A DNA stretch of 63,907 nucleotides, the filler included, from an uncultured bacterium (GTDB lineage Bacteria > CAYJRR01): NCBI GenBank assembly GCA_964372275.1. It is 3 parts of 3 records of this genome, joined end to end, with 100 filler letters (N's around TTAATTAATTAA, not from the genome) between each part and the next. Parts side by side here need not be neighbours in the genome. Positions count along the whole stretch, not along the records: positions 22,790 to 45,362 come from CAYJRR010000076.1; 2 more parts are not named here. The stretch is one strand, 5' to 3'. Under the pieces are notes generated by a model, which was given only the letters and a program-made list of their open reading frames with translations, was not told the origin of the DNA and did no database searches. Positions 34,946 to 44,310 of this stretch are shown here, one piece after another (position 1 is the stretch's first letter; every line of letters starts with the position of its first letter). Position numbers and translations under genes: made by a program.

Positions 34946-36844
34946 TTACGGTGGTGCGTTGGCGGTTCGGCTCAACAGGCCGCCGGTGAGGGCGTCCAGA
35001 TATCCGGTGATCTCCTGAATCCGCACTTCGAGCGACGCGCGGTCCTCGGAGTCGGAGGGAAGGGCCGCGAGGCGGGCGGCCATGTCGCGGCGCTCCCGCG
35101 CCAGCCGGGCGACCTTCGAAAGGCGCTTCGAGCGGTCGTCGGCGATCGACCGCAGGACCGCGTTCAGCCGCACACGCGCGGTCCCTTGCAGGAGCTCGTC
35201 GAATCGCCAGGAGAGGAGCACCAGGAAGCGGGACTCGCGGTTCAGGTCGTAGCTGGAGGGGAAGCGGCGCACCCCGAGCAGATTCCCCGACTCGTCGCGG
35301 ATCTCCGTGACGTCGACGAAGACGTCGTCGTCCCACGACCGGCGGAAGACGGCGCCGACCCGGGGAAGCAACCGGCTCCAGCGCGCGGCGCGCCTCCAGC
35401 CTCGGAGCGTCTCGCCGTCGGTGCCGGCGTAGCGGTCGGCCGCCAGCACCAGGTCCACGATCCGCGGTCCGACCGTCCGTGCCGCGATCGCGGCAACGGG
35501 GCCTTGCGCCCCGAGCTGGTGCAGGCCGAGCGCCGTCGCCGCCCAGAGCCGGTCGGATGCGGTGACGTCCTCCCCGAGCGCCAGCACGTCGGTCGACGGC
35601 AGACCGCGGTAGAGCTCGACGAAGGTCGCGCCGCCGTCGCGGGATTCGTGGACCGAGCGCGAAGTGGCGACGTAGAGGCGCGCCGGATCGCCGGCCGGCA
35701 GCACCACCGACCGGATGCGGGGGGACGAGAACTGCGCGACGCCGATCGGGACGGCCTCCTCCGGCGTGATCGCCCACAGGCCATCGGACGTGCCCGCGAG
35801 GAGGCGCGAGGCCTCCCCCCGGGCGAAGGCGAGCGCGCGCACGTCGGCTCCGGCGAAGACCTTTCGCCAGGTGTCGCCGCCGTCGGTCGAGAGGAAGACC
35901 CCCTGCGGCGTGCCGGCGGCCACGGTCGAGCGCCGTTCGGGATCGACGACCACCGTCCGCACCTCGCCGGTGCCGACCTCCCCTTTGGCGTTGGTCCAAC
36001 TCGAGCCGCCGTCGGCGGAAAGGAGCAGACCGGCGCCGGTCGCGATCAGCATCCGGTCCGGCTCGCCGGCCGAGGGGGCGACCGCGGTCGCATCGCGTTC
36101 CGCGTCGCCGACGCCGGCATGGAGCGGTACCCAGGTCGCTCCGGCATCGCCGCTGCGCCAGACGCCGGCGCGGGTCGCGGCGTAGGCCAATCCGGGAAAC
36201 GTCGGGTCCCAGACGAACTGGCGCACCGCCGCGACCCGCGCCGGCGCGACGCGTTCGTCGGCCTCGTCGTCGGCCGGACGCTCCTGCACCAGCTCTTCGC
36301 GGCGTTCGCGCACCGCCTCGTCCGCCTCCTCCTCGGCGAGCCGCTCGGCCTCGTCCTCGCCCAGCACCTCCTCCAGCTCGTCGAAGACCTCCTGGAAGGT
36401 GTCCTGCCGCAGCTCGTCCAGCTCCTGCTGCGCGTCGTCGTCGAGCTCGTCGTCGGAGGCGGCGGCCCCGGCGGAATCGTCGCCGTCACCGCCGGGATTC
36501 GCGGCGCCGCGCGCGCGCGCGAACGGGATGCGTGCCACCTCGGTCCAGGTGCGGCCGCCGTCGTCGCTGCGGTAGATCGTTCCGCGTCCGCCCGCCGCCA
36601 GGACGATCCGGGGGTCGGACGGGTTCATCGCCACCGCCGACAGCCGGTTCTCGCGGATCCCCGAACCCGACGGGCTCCACACCCGGGCGATCTCCGGCGT
36701 CGCGGCGACAGTCGGACCGGGCGGCGCCGCCCAGGCGGTCCCGGCTGCGCCCCGAAGGAGAAGCGCCCCCGCCGTGACGAGGACGACGTCGACGGTTCGA
36801 AGGCCCCGTGCGACCGGAGATTGCGACCCGCGCCCACCGATCAC
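34946..36844 (-). CDS. BNR/Asp-box beta-propeller protein with C-terminal domain homologous to 34331-34933
   Basis: Asp boxes RSDDGGRTW, RSGDAGATW, SADGGSSW, STDGGDTW, SRDGGATF; C-terminus LSWRFDE...LDALTGG; GTG start inferred from overlap. Confidence 0.8.
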   Translation of the reverse strand: MIGGRGSQSPVARGLRTVDVVLVTAGALLLRGAAGTAWAAPPGPTVAATPEIARVWSPSGSGIRENRLSAVAMNPSDPRIVLAAGGRGTIYRSDDGGRTWTEVARIPFARARGAANPGGDGDDSAGAAASDDELDDDAQQELDELRQDTFQEVFDELEEVLGEDEAERLAEEEADEAVRERREELVQERPADDEADERVAPARVAAVRQFVWDPTFPGLAYAATRAGVWRSGDAGATWVPLHAGVGDAERDATAVAPSAGEPDRMLIATGAGLLLSADGGSSWTNAKGEVGTGEVRTVVVDPERRSTVAAGTPQGVFLSTDGGDTWRKVFAGADVRALAFARGEASRLLAGTSDGLWAITPEEAVPIGVAQFSSPRIRSVVLPAGDPARLYVATSRSVHESRDGGATFVELYRGLPSTDVLALGEDVTASDRLWAATALGLHQLGAQGPVAAIAARTVGPRIVDLVLAADRYAGTDGETLRGWRRAARWSRLLPRVGAVFRRSWDDDVFVDVTEIRDESGNLLGVRRFPSSYDLNRESRFLVLLSWRFDELLQGTARVRLNAVLRSIADDRSKRLSKVARLARERRDMAARLAALPSDSEDRASLEVRIQEITGYLDALTGGLLSRTANAPP

Positions 36845-37380
36845 GGCGCCGCCTCCCGCAGGTCGCACCCTCCGCAGTCGCGCCACAGCCCACGCTTCGC
36901 GGCGCGGGCCCCGTCCTCGAGCGCCTGCAGGTAGGTCCGCTTCGTCTCGCCGTTGGGAGGGATCACCAGCACGCAGGCCGTCCCCTCCGCGAGCAGCGTC
37001 CCGTTCATGAACTCATCGCCGAGGTAGACCCAGGCCAGCGTCCGGCCGAACGAGTCCTCGCGCACCAGGTCGTACTCGAGCCGCACCTTCCTCCCGGCGA
37101 TCCGCTCCGAAAGGTAGTTGAACGACTCGTCCCCGTAGCACTCCTCCGGCGCGCTTCGCTCCGGAGCATCGAGCCCCAGCAGCCGAACCCGTTCCCCCCC
37201 CTCGAGCTGGAAGGTGTCCCCGTCCAGGACGAGCTGGACCTTCTTCCCGCCGGCCCCCTCCTCCATGCACCCGGCGGCCAGCAGCGCGGCGAGCGGGATC
37301 GGCAGCGCTCCGAGACGGCGGAGCCGGGCGGGCCCGCGTCGCGGGCGGGTGGTGTGGAGGCGACGAATGGAGGGTTTCAC
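36841..37380 (-). CDS. Thermonuclease (SNase) family lipoprotein
   Basis: LAAGC lipobox; VLDGDT, VRLLGLDAPE, DSFGRTLAWV, ARAAKRGLW. Confidence 0.92.
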   Translation of the reverse strand: MKPSIRRLHTTRPRRGPARLRRLGALPIPLAALLAAGCMEEGAGGKKVQLVLDGDTFQLEGGERVRLLGLDAPERSAPEECYGDESFNYLSERIAGRKVRLEYDLVREDSFGRTLAWVYLGDEFMNGTLLAEGTACVLVIPPNGETKRTYLQALEDGARAAKRGLWRDCGGCDLREAAP

Positions 37381-37449
37381 GCGAGCGGGGCCGAGGGTAG
37401 AACGACCGCAATCGGTGCGTCCAGCCCGGGGGACGGCGACCCGCCGCCG

Positions 37450-38532
37450 TCACTTCGGCGCGGCGTAGACCCAGATGAAGTCGCGGCGTACCGTCGCCAG
37501 GACCAGCGCCCTGGAGTCGACGACGAACAGGTCGCTGATCGTCGGTCGGTCGCGGCGGAGAGTTCCCGCCAGCTTCACGATCCGCTCCCGTTGGTCGGTC
37601 AGCTTGCGCCAGGGGCTCCCGGGCGAGCCGTTGACGCGGACGTAGACGCGACCGTCGAGGATCCACATCCGCTCGATCGGAAGCAGGTCGAGGAACGGTG
37701 CGGGATCGATCTCGGGCACGGCGGCGCTTCGAGTATGGAGATCGTAGACCCACTCAGCGTAGGCCCCGACCAGGAGCGTGACGGCCATCGAAAGGGGCCG
37801 CAGCGCCCGCCGGACCCGCGGCCAGCGCTCGGGCCGCTTCTCGCGTCTCTTCTTCCCCTTGATCGCGGGGACCGGTTGCAGGGGCACCGGCTTCGGCGCG
37901 TTCTTCGCCACCCGGGGCTCGAGATTCTTCACCAACGCGGTGAAGACCGGATCCTTGGGGCGGAGCTCCAGCGCCCTTTTCGCGTGCTTCATCGCGTCTT
38001 CGACGTTGCCGGCGCCGTCGGAGAGCAGCCGTCCCTTGAGGCCGTGCAGGTCGGCCTTGTTGTCGTCGATCGCCAGCGCCTCGTCGACGCAGCGGATCGC
38101 CTCGGCGAAGTTCTTCTGCAGGTCGGCGTCGAGCGCGTTGTAGATCCAGTCCTGGATCGTCGGCGCGGGCGGACCGTAGACCGGAGGCGGCGGAGGCTTC
38201 GGCGGCAGGATCGAGTCGACGTAGGCGGTCAGCCGCGTGCGCGCCGCGACGACGGGCGGCGCGAATCGCAGCTCCAGGCTCCAACGCCGGTCCTCGGTCG
38301 GGTGCACGCCGATCACCAGGCACTCGACCGGCAGCTCCTCCTGGGTCTTGGGATGGACCAGCACCACCTTGATCCGCATACCCGCCGGGCGGATCTGGGT
38401 GCCGGTGACGGTGCAGCCCTCGTTGGTGAGGAGGGTCGCCTTGGCGGCGTTGTTCTCCTTGACGTCGGCGTAGCGCGCGTCGAGCACGAGCTCGGAGGGC
38501 GCGGACTCGAGGTCGGGGGGGGCGGAGGTCAT
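37450..38532 (-). CDS. Membrane protein with PilZ-like N-terminus, TPR repeats and one TM
   Basis: LLTNEGC...ECLVIGV...LELRF (PilZ-like fold, no clear RxxxR); KRALELRPKD TPR; TM LSMAVTLLVGAYA. Confidence 0.6.
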   Translation of the reverse strand: MTSAPPDLESAPSELVLDARYADVKENNAAKATLLTNEGCTVTGTQIRPAGMRIKVVLVHPKTQEELPVECLVIGVHPTEDRRWSLELRFAPPVVAARTRLTAYVDSILPPKPPPPPVYGPPAPTIQDWIYNALDADLQKNFAEAIRCVDEALAIDDNKADLHGLKGRLLSDGAGNVEDAMKHAKRALELRPKDPVFTALVKNLEPRVAKNAPKPVPLQPVPAIKGKKRREKRPERWPRVRRALRPLSMAVTLLVGAYAEWVYDLHTRSAAVPEIDPAPFLDLLPIERMWILDGRVYVRVNGSPGSPWRKLTDQRERIVKLAGTLRRDRPTISDLFVVDSRALVLATVRRDFIWVYAAPK

Positions 38533-39059
38533 CAATCGGCGGTCATGTCGTTCACGACGTGGACCGGCGCGCCGTCCTTTCCCATCGTCCAGACGTCCAG
38601 GCGCAGATCGCCGTCGAGGTTGGCCACCGCTCCCACCCGGTACGCCTTCTCGCTCGCGTAGGTATCCGGCGGCAAATCGGTGTAGGTGAGCGGGATCCCC
38701 GGGGCGACGACCATGTTGATCGTCGGGAAGCTGTGCGGCGCGTAGGCGGCGAACTCCGACGTGTCGTTGATCCCGGAGGCGTCGGGCGATTCGTCGGAGA
38801 CGAAGCCGTAGAGGTAGCGCGGCCGGCCCATCGGCTTCCACGCGATCTCGCCCAGGTTGTCGGTGTAGATCCCGTAGTCGGTGAAGACGGTCGATTGGGC
38901 GATCTTGAACGCCGCCAGCTCGGCCTTCACCTCGGTCTGGAGCGCGCGCGTGCGCTCCGCCAGGAAGCGCGGGAGGTAGATCGTTCCGACCACCCCGAGC
39001 AGGCTCAATCCGATCAACACCTCGACGAGGGTGATCCCGTCCTGGCGTCGAAGGACCAT
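38532..39059 (-). CDS. Type IV pilin-like protein
   Basis: Prepilin site G|ITLVEVLIGLSLLGVV; R....EVK..L; ANLDGD..LDVW typical of deltaproteobacterial pilins. Confidence 0.85.
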   Translation of the reverse strand: MVLRRQDGITLVEVLIGLSLLGVVGTIYLPRFLAERTRALQTEVKAELAAFKIAQSTVFTDYGIYTDNLGEIAWKPMGRPRYLYGFVSDESPDASGINDTSEFAAYAPHSFPTINMVVAPGIPLTYTDLPPDTYASEKAYRVGAVANLDGDLRLDVWTMGKDGAPVHVVNDMTAD

Positions 39060-39219
39060 CGCGTTTCCAAGGATACCATGGGGCATCGGCGCCCGTCGCC
39101 GTAAGCCGGCAACATGGTTGGCCTATTTCCTTTACCCTGCGGCCCATGCGGGGCTAGGATGATCGGGACATCGATGTCCCGCTTGGGGCTTTGTCCCTCG
39201 AAGGGGGAGAGAGGCGCGA

Positions 39220-40647
39220 TTGGAAAATCCCGATTCGATCGACGAAGAGAAGAAGAGCGAGGAGTACGACGAGGTCACCAAGGTCACCTACCTCGACGGC
39301 AAGCCCAAAGAGATCTTCATCCGCAAGGGCAAGCTGGAGGTGATCGACGGCCCCGACAAGGGGAAGACGCTGTCGATCGACCGCAACGTGATCCGCGTCG
39401 GATCGAAGGAGACCAACGACCTGGCGCTGTCGGACGGGACGGTCTCCCGCCATCACTTCGAGATCGAGCAACTCAAGAACGGCTACCTGCTGCGGGACCT
39501 GGAGTCGACCAACGGGACCTACGTCGAAGGTCTCAAGGTCCGCGAGGTCTTCCTCAAGCCCAACTCGACGATCCAGGTCGGCGACACGGCGATCCGGTTC
39601 TACTCCGCCGACGAGAAGGTGAAGATCGTCCCGTCGAAGGAGGAGCGGTTCGGGGACATGATCGGCCGGTCCCAGAAGATGCGGGAGATCTTTGGCCTCC
39701 TGGAGAAGATCGCGCCGACCGACGTCACCTGCGTGATCATGGGGGAGACCGGCACCGGGAAGGAGCTGGTCGCCAAGGCGATCCATTACAACTCGCGGCG
39801 GGCGAAGAAGCCCTTCATCGTCTTCGACTGCGGCAGCGTGCCGCCCACCCTGATCGAGAGCGAGCTCTTCGGGCACGAGAAGGGCTCGTTCACCGGGGCG
39901 GTGATGTCGAGGCCCGGCGTGTTCGAGCTGGCCGACGGCGGCACCATCTTCCTGGACGAGATGGGGGAGCTCGGCCTCGACATGCAGCCGAAGCTCTTGC
40001 GCGTGCTCGAGCAGCGCGAGTCGCGCCGGGTCGGCGCCAACCGCTCGACCAAGGTCGACGTGCGGGTGATCGCCGCGACCAACCGCGACCTCAAGGAGGA
40101 GGTGCGGCAGGGGCGGTTTCGCGAGGACCTCTTCTTCCGCCTCTCGGTTGTGTCGCTGACGCTGCCGCCGTTGCGCGAGCGCAAGGACGACATCGTGCCG
40201 ATCGTGAAGCACATCCTCGGCAAGAGCGCCTTCAACAAGGACAAGGATGGGAAGCAGAAGGTCAGCCAGATCTCCCCCGAGGCGGAGGCGGTTCTCACCG
40301 GGTACGACTGGCCGGGCAACGTGCGCGAGCTGCACAACGTGGTGGAGCGGGCGGTCAGCTTCTGCGAAGGGGACACGATCCAGGGGAAGGACATCCCCGA
40401 TCACATGCGGATGAAGTCGGAGGGCGGCTCGGGGATCGCCGGGGGCGAGGTCCCGCCGGTCGACAGCTCCCTTCCGTTCAAGGAGGCCAAGGACAAGCTG
40501 CTCGACGCCTTCGAGCGCGAGTACCTGATCGACCTCCTCCGCCGGAACGACAAGAATATTTCCAAGGCGGCGAAGGAGGCGGAGATCGACCGCAAGTCGA
40601 TCTCCCGGCTCCTGAAGAAGCACGGCATCCGCCTGGCCGAGATCTGA
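39220..40647 (+). CDS. FHA-domain sigma54 enhancer-binding protein
   Basis: VSRHH, DLESTNGT; GETGTGKE, GSFTGA, FLDEMG, WPGNVREL. Confidence 0.95.
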   Translation: MENPDSIDEEKKSEEYDEVTKVTYLDGKPKEIFIRKGKLEVIDGPDKGKTLSIDRNVIRVGSKETNDLALSDGTVSRHHFEIEQLKNGYLLRDLESTNGTYVEGLKVREVFLKPNSTIQVGDTAIRFYSADEKVKIVPSKEERFGDMIGRSQKMREIFGLLEKIAPTDVTCVIMGETGTGKELVAKAIHYNSRRAKKPFIVFDCGSVPPTLIESELFGHEKGSFTGAVMSRPGVFELADGGTIFLDEMGELGLDMQPKLLRVLEQRESRRVGANRSTKVDVRVIAATNRDLKEEVRQGRFREDLFFRLSVVSLTLPPLRERKDDIVPIVKHILGKSAFNKDKDGKQKVSQISPEAEAVLTGYDWPGNVRELHNVVERAVSFCEGDTIQGKDIPDHMRMKSEGGSGIAGGEVPPVDSSLPFKEAKDKLLDAFEREYLIDLLRRNDKNISKAAKEAEIDRKSISRLLKKHGIRLAEI

Positions 40648-40703
40648 CCCGGCCGGCGGTCGCTCCGGCGCTTCTTGTTCGGACGATGTGCTACACCGTC
40701 GGG

Positions 40704-41150
40704 GTGGGTTGGCTCTTCCTGTTGTTCACCCTGGTGCCGCTCCTGGAGATCGGGGGGCTGGCGTTCGTCGGCGCGCGGCTCGGCTTCGCGGCGACGCTCG
40801 GTCTTCTGATCCTCTCGGGATTGGTCGGCTCGTGGTTCGCCCGGCGCGAGGGGTTGCGGGTCTTCCGGTCGTGGCAGCGCTCGCTCGCCGAGGGGCGGGT
40901 GCCGGAGCAGGGGCTGCTCGACGGGCTCTTGGTGCTGGTCGGCGGGGTGCTGATGGTGACGCCCGGGTTCTTCACCGACCTGATGGGCCTGGCGTTGATC
41001 GTGCCGCCGACGCGCGCGATCGCGGGCGCCGGCGTGCGTCGCTGGATCGAGCGGCGGATCGCGTCCGGGACGATCCGGGTGGTGCGATTCGGCGCCGAGA
41101 AGCCTCACTCCGACGTGGTTCGCGGTCGGGTCGTTCCCGACGACCCGTGA
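40704..41150 (+). CDS. fxsA: FxsA-family membrane protein
   Basis: LVPLLEI, ARREG, GGVLMVTPGFFTD.MGL. Confidence 0.88.
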   Translation: MGWLFLLFTLVPLLEIGGLAFVGARLGFAATLGLLILSGLVGSWFARREGLRVFRSWQRSLAEGRVPEQGLLDGLLVLVGGVLMVTPGFFTDLMGLALIVPPTRAIAGAGVRRWIERRIASGTIRVVRFGAEKPHSDVVRGRVVPDDP

Positions 41151-41151
41151 C

Positions 41152-41682
41152 TTACGCGGTCTCGGCGTCGCCGGCGGTCTTCTTCTTCTTGGTGAGGAAC
41201 TGCACCCGCTCGTCGCGGCGGGTCTGTTCCTCGCTCGCCTCGACGGTCACGTCGAGGAGCTTCCGGTGGGAGTCGAGGAGCGACTTGAGCGACGACTCGT
41301 AGGTCGCCCGCTGGCGGCGCAGCTCGTTGATCTCCTCGACCACTGCCACCAGCCGGGCGTGGGCCCCCTGGATGATCTTGTCGGCCTGAAGCTGCGCTTC
41401 GGTGAGGACGATCTCGGCGTCCTTCTTGGCGTTGACCTTGATCTCCTCGCTGATCCGCTGCGCCGTCATCATCGTGTCCTTGAGCGTCTGTTCCCGCTCG
41501 CGGTACTCCTCGATCTCGGTCAGCCGGCGCTTCAGCTCGTCCTTGAGGGCGTTGTTCTCGCGGACCAGCTCCTCGATGTCGGCGCGGACCACTTCGAGGA
41601 ACTGGTCGACCTCGTCGGGATCGAGTCCCCGGAAGGCCTTTCCGAACTGCTTCTGGCGGATCTCGAGCGGGGTGATGCGCAT
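41152..41682 (-). CDS. DivIVA-domain protein
   Basis: MRITPLEIRQKQF...RG.DPDEVD.FL; coiled coil. Confidence 0.92.
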   Translation of the reverse strand: MRITPLEIRQKQFGKAFRGLDPDEVDQFLEVVRADIEELVRENNALKDELKRRLTEIEEYREREQTLKDTMMTAQRISEEIKVNAKKDAEIVLTEAQLQADKIIQGAHARLVAVVEEINELRRQRATYESSLKSLLDSHRKLLDVTVEASEEQTRRDERVQFLTKKKKTAGDAETA

Positions 41683-41707
41683 GGAAGAACGCTCCCGGGC
41701 TCCGGGT

Positions 41708-41998
41708 TCACGTCGCGACGAGCGCGATCCGTTCGATCAGATCGACGAGCAACTTCCCCACCAAGTCTATCAAAAGGAGCAGCACGATCGGCGTGAAATC
41801 GACCATCCCCGCCTGCAGGAACGGCAGGTAGCGGCGCACCAGGGCATAGGCCGGCTCGGTGGTATTGCGGACGAATCGTACCGCCGGGTGGTACGGGTTG
41901 GGACGGATCCAGGAGAGGATCACGCTCGCCAGCACCAGCATCGTCGCCAGGAAGGTGACGAGCTGGACCAGCTCGCGAACCAGGATCAGCGCGGTCAT
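41708..41998 (-). CDS. yggT: YggT-family membrane protein
   Basis: ILSWI.PNPY.P.V, TEP, DFTPI. Confidence 0.9.
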   Translation of the reverse strand: MTALILVRELVQLVTFLATMLVLASVILSWIRPNPYHPAVRFVRNTTEPAYALVRRYLPFLQAGMVDFTPIVLLLLIDLVGKLLVDLIERIALVAT

Positions 41999-42828
41999 CC
42001 GCGGCCTCGCTTTCGGGTAACGGTGCGCCGGGCGCGCCCACCGGCGAGCTCGACCGAGCGACGGGCGGCGGCGCGGACGGCGGCGATCAGCCCGCCGCGC
42101 ACGCCGGCCTTCTCCATGGCGGCCAGCCCGTGGATCGTCGTGCCGCCGGGGGAGGCGACGCGGTCCTTGAGGACCCCCGGGTGCTCGCCGCTCTCCACGA
42201 GCATCCGGCCGCTGCCGGCGATCGCGTGCGCGGCGAGGAGGAGGGCGGTCCCCCGGGGGAGTCCGGCCGCGACGCCGCCGTCGGCCAACGCCTCGGCGAT
42301 GGCGAACAGGAAACCCGGTCCGCTCGCGGCCAGCGCCGTCACCGCGTGAAACAGCTCTTCGCGAGGGAGCCAGACGGTGGCGCCGACCGCGTCGAACAGG
42401 TCGGCGACGGCGCGGCGATCGGTCTCGGCGATCGACGCGGGCGCCCACAAGGCGGTGATCCCGGCGCGGACCGCCGCCGGCTGGTTGGGCATGGCGCGGA
42501 CGACGCGCGAGGACGGAATCGCCGCGGCGATCGCGGCGAGCGGCGTACCGGCGGCGATGCTCACCACGAGCTTCCCGCGGGCGGCGGACGCGATCTCCGG
42601 GAGGACGGCGGGCAGGACCTGCGGCTTCACGGCGAGCACCGCGATCTCGCCCTGTCCGACGGCGTCGGCGTTGGAGGCGGTGGTCGAAAACCCCCGGCTT
42701 CCGAGCGCGTCCCGCCGCGCGGCCTTGGGATGGCTCACGACGATGGAGCGCGGGTCGTGCCCGGCGGCGACCAGGCCGTTGGCGGTCGCCGCGCCCAGGT
42801 TGCCCGCTCCGACGATCGCCACTCTCAC
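41995..42828 (-). CDS. proC: Pyrroline-5-carboxylate reductase
   Basis: VGAGNLG, LAVKPQ, SIAAG, RAMPN, VASPGGTT. Confidence 0.95.
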   Translation of the reverse strand: MRVAIVGAGNLGAATANGLVAAGHDPRSIVVSHPKAARRDALGSRGFSTTASNADAVGQGEIAVLAVKPQVLPAVLPEIASAARGKLVVSIAAGTPLAAIAAAIPSSRVVRAMPNQPAAVRAGITALWAPASIAETDRRAVADLFDAVGATVWLPREELFHAVTALAASGPGFLFAIAEALADGGVAAGLPRGTALLLAAHAIAGSGRMLVESGEHPGVLKDRVASPGGTTIHGLAAMEKAGVRGGLIAAVRAAARRSVELAGGRARRTVTRKRGRG

Positions 42829-43586
42829 GCGGCGCCCCCGACCCCGGCCTCGACGGGGGGACGCTTCGGACTGCGAGGGCCGAACAACGCCGTGCCGATC
42901 CGGACGAGCGTCGCGCCCTCCTCCACCGCCGCCTCGAAGTCGTCGGTGGAGCCGATCGACAGCTCCGTTGCGTCCTCGGCGAGTAGGCCTCGCTCCCGCA
43001 TCGCGCGGGCGAGCGAGGCGAGCGCGGCGAAGCGTGGTCGGTTTGCCGCCGCCCCCTCGGGCGGGGGCATCGCCATCAGGCCGCGGACGCGGACCCGCGA
43101 TGCCGAGCGGGCAGTCTCGAGGAGCGAGGGGAGGGCGTCGGGAGCGACGCCGGCCTTCGTCGTCTCCGCGGCGAGATTCACCTCGACCAGGACGTCGACG
43201 CGTTCCACCCCCGCCGCCCCGGCGCGGCGGTCAAGCTCGCGGATCAGTTTTTCCGAATCGACGGCGTGGAGCAGCGCGAAACGCCCCACCACCTGTTTCG
43301 CCTTGTTCGTCTGGAGAGCCCCGACCAGGTGCCATTCGATCGCGGAGGCGCGCGATTCCAGCTCCACCTGCTTGGCGAGTCCCTCCTGCACGTAGTTCTC
43401 GCCGATCGCGGAGGCACCGGCGGCGATCGCGGCCTCGATCATCCAGACCGGCTTGGTCTTGGCCACCGCCACCAGGCGAGCCGCGCCGGCGGGTCGCCCC
43501 GCGCGCGCGAGCGCCGCATCGATGCGCGCGCGGATGGACGCGACGTTCGCCCTGATGTCGGCCGCCGACGGGGACTCCGAGGTCAC
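42825..43586 (-). CDS. yggS: PLP homeostasis protein YggS
   Basis: LVAVAKTK, GENYVQE, WHLVG.LQTNK, GLMAMPP, GATLVRIGT.LFG. Confidence 0.95.
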   Translation of the reverse strand: MTSESPSAADIRANVASIRARIDAALARAGRPAGAARLVAVAKTKPVWMIEAAIAAGASAIGENYVQEGLAKQVELESRASAIEWHLVGALQTNKAKQVVGRFALLHAVDSEKLIRELDRRAGAAGVERVDVLVEVNLAAETTKAGVAPDALPSLLETARSASRVRVRGLMAMPPPEGAAANRPRFAALASLARAMRERGLLAEDATELSIGSTDDFEAAVEEGATLVRIGTALFGPRSPKRPPVEAGVGGAA

Positions 43587-43599
43587 GATGGCCCAGGTT

Positions 43600-44265
43600 C
43601 TACGGGACGAAGGGAAGCGTTGGCAAGGAGAGCGGTTCGAGACGGGCGAACGCGCGCAGCGCCTCCACGATCTCCACGAGGGGCAGGCCGATCACGTTGG
43701 AATGACTCCCCTCGATGCGCCGGACCAGATGGGCTCCGATCCCCTGGATCGCGTAGGCCCCGGCCTTGTCGCGGGGCTCGCCGGTCGCGACGTAGGCGTC
43801 GATCTCCCGGTCCTCCAGCGCGCGGAACTCGACGGCGGTTTCGGCCGCCCCGCAGGACCGGTCCGCCCCGCCCGCGCGGACCAGCGACCAGCCGGTGACG
43901 ACGGTGTGCCGGCGGCCGGCGAGGGCGCGCAGCATCCGGCGGGCCTCCGCGTCGTCCCGCGGCTTGCCCAGGATCCCGCCGTCGATCACCACCATCGTGT
44001 CGGCGGCGAGCACCACCTCCCCCGCGGCGCGCCGCCGCGCGACGTCGTCGGCCTTTCGCGCCGCGATCTCGATCGCCGCGTCGCGCGGAGGGATTCCGTC
44101 CGGGGGGCGCTCGTCGATCGCGGTCGCGTCCACATCGAATTCATATCCCGCCGCGGCGAGAAGCTCCCGGCGGCGCGGGCTCGCCGACGCCAGCACCAGT
44201 CGCTCCGGCGCTCCGCTGTGCGCTCGATCACCGATTTTCGCCGGCGGTGGTGGTGTTTGCGTCAT
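43600..44265 (-). CDS. maf: Maf-family nucleotide pyrophosphatase
   Basis: LASASPRRRELL, AADT.V, LGKP, DKAGAYAIQG, NVIGLP. Confidence 0.95.
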   Translation of the reverse strand: MTQTPPPPAKIGDRAHSGAPERLVLASASPRRRELLAAAGYEFDVDATAIDERPPDGIPPRDAAIEIAARKADDVARRRAAGEVVLAADTMVVIDGGILGKPRDDAEARRMLRALAGRRHTVVTGWSLVRAGGADRSCGAAETAVEFRALEDREIDAYVATGEPRDKAGAYAIQGIGAHLVRRIEGSHSNVIGLPLVEIVEALRAFARLEPLSLPTLPFVP

Positions 44266-44310
44266 GCTAGAGTTCTACGTTGGAGCGCGCGGCGTCGCGG
44301 GGAGGTCGCG

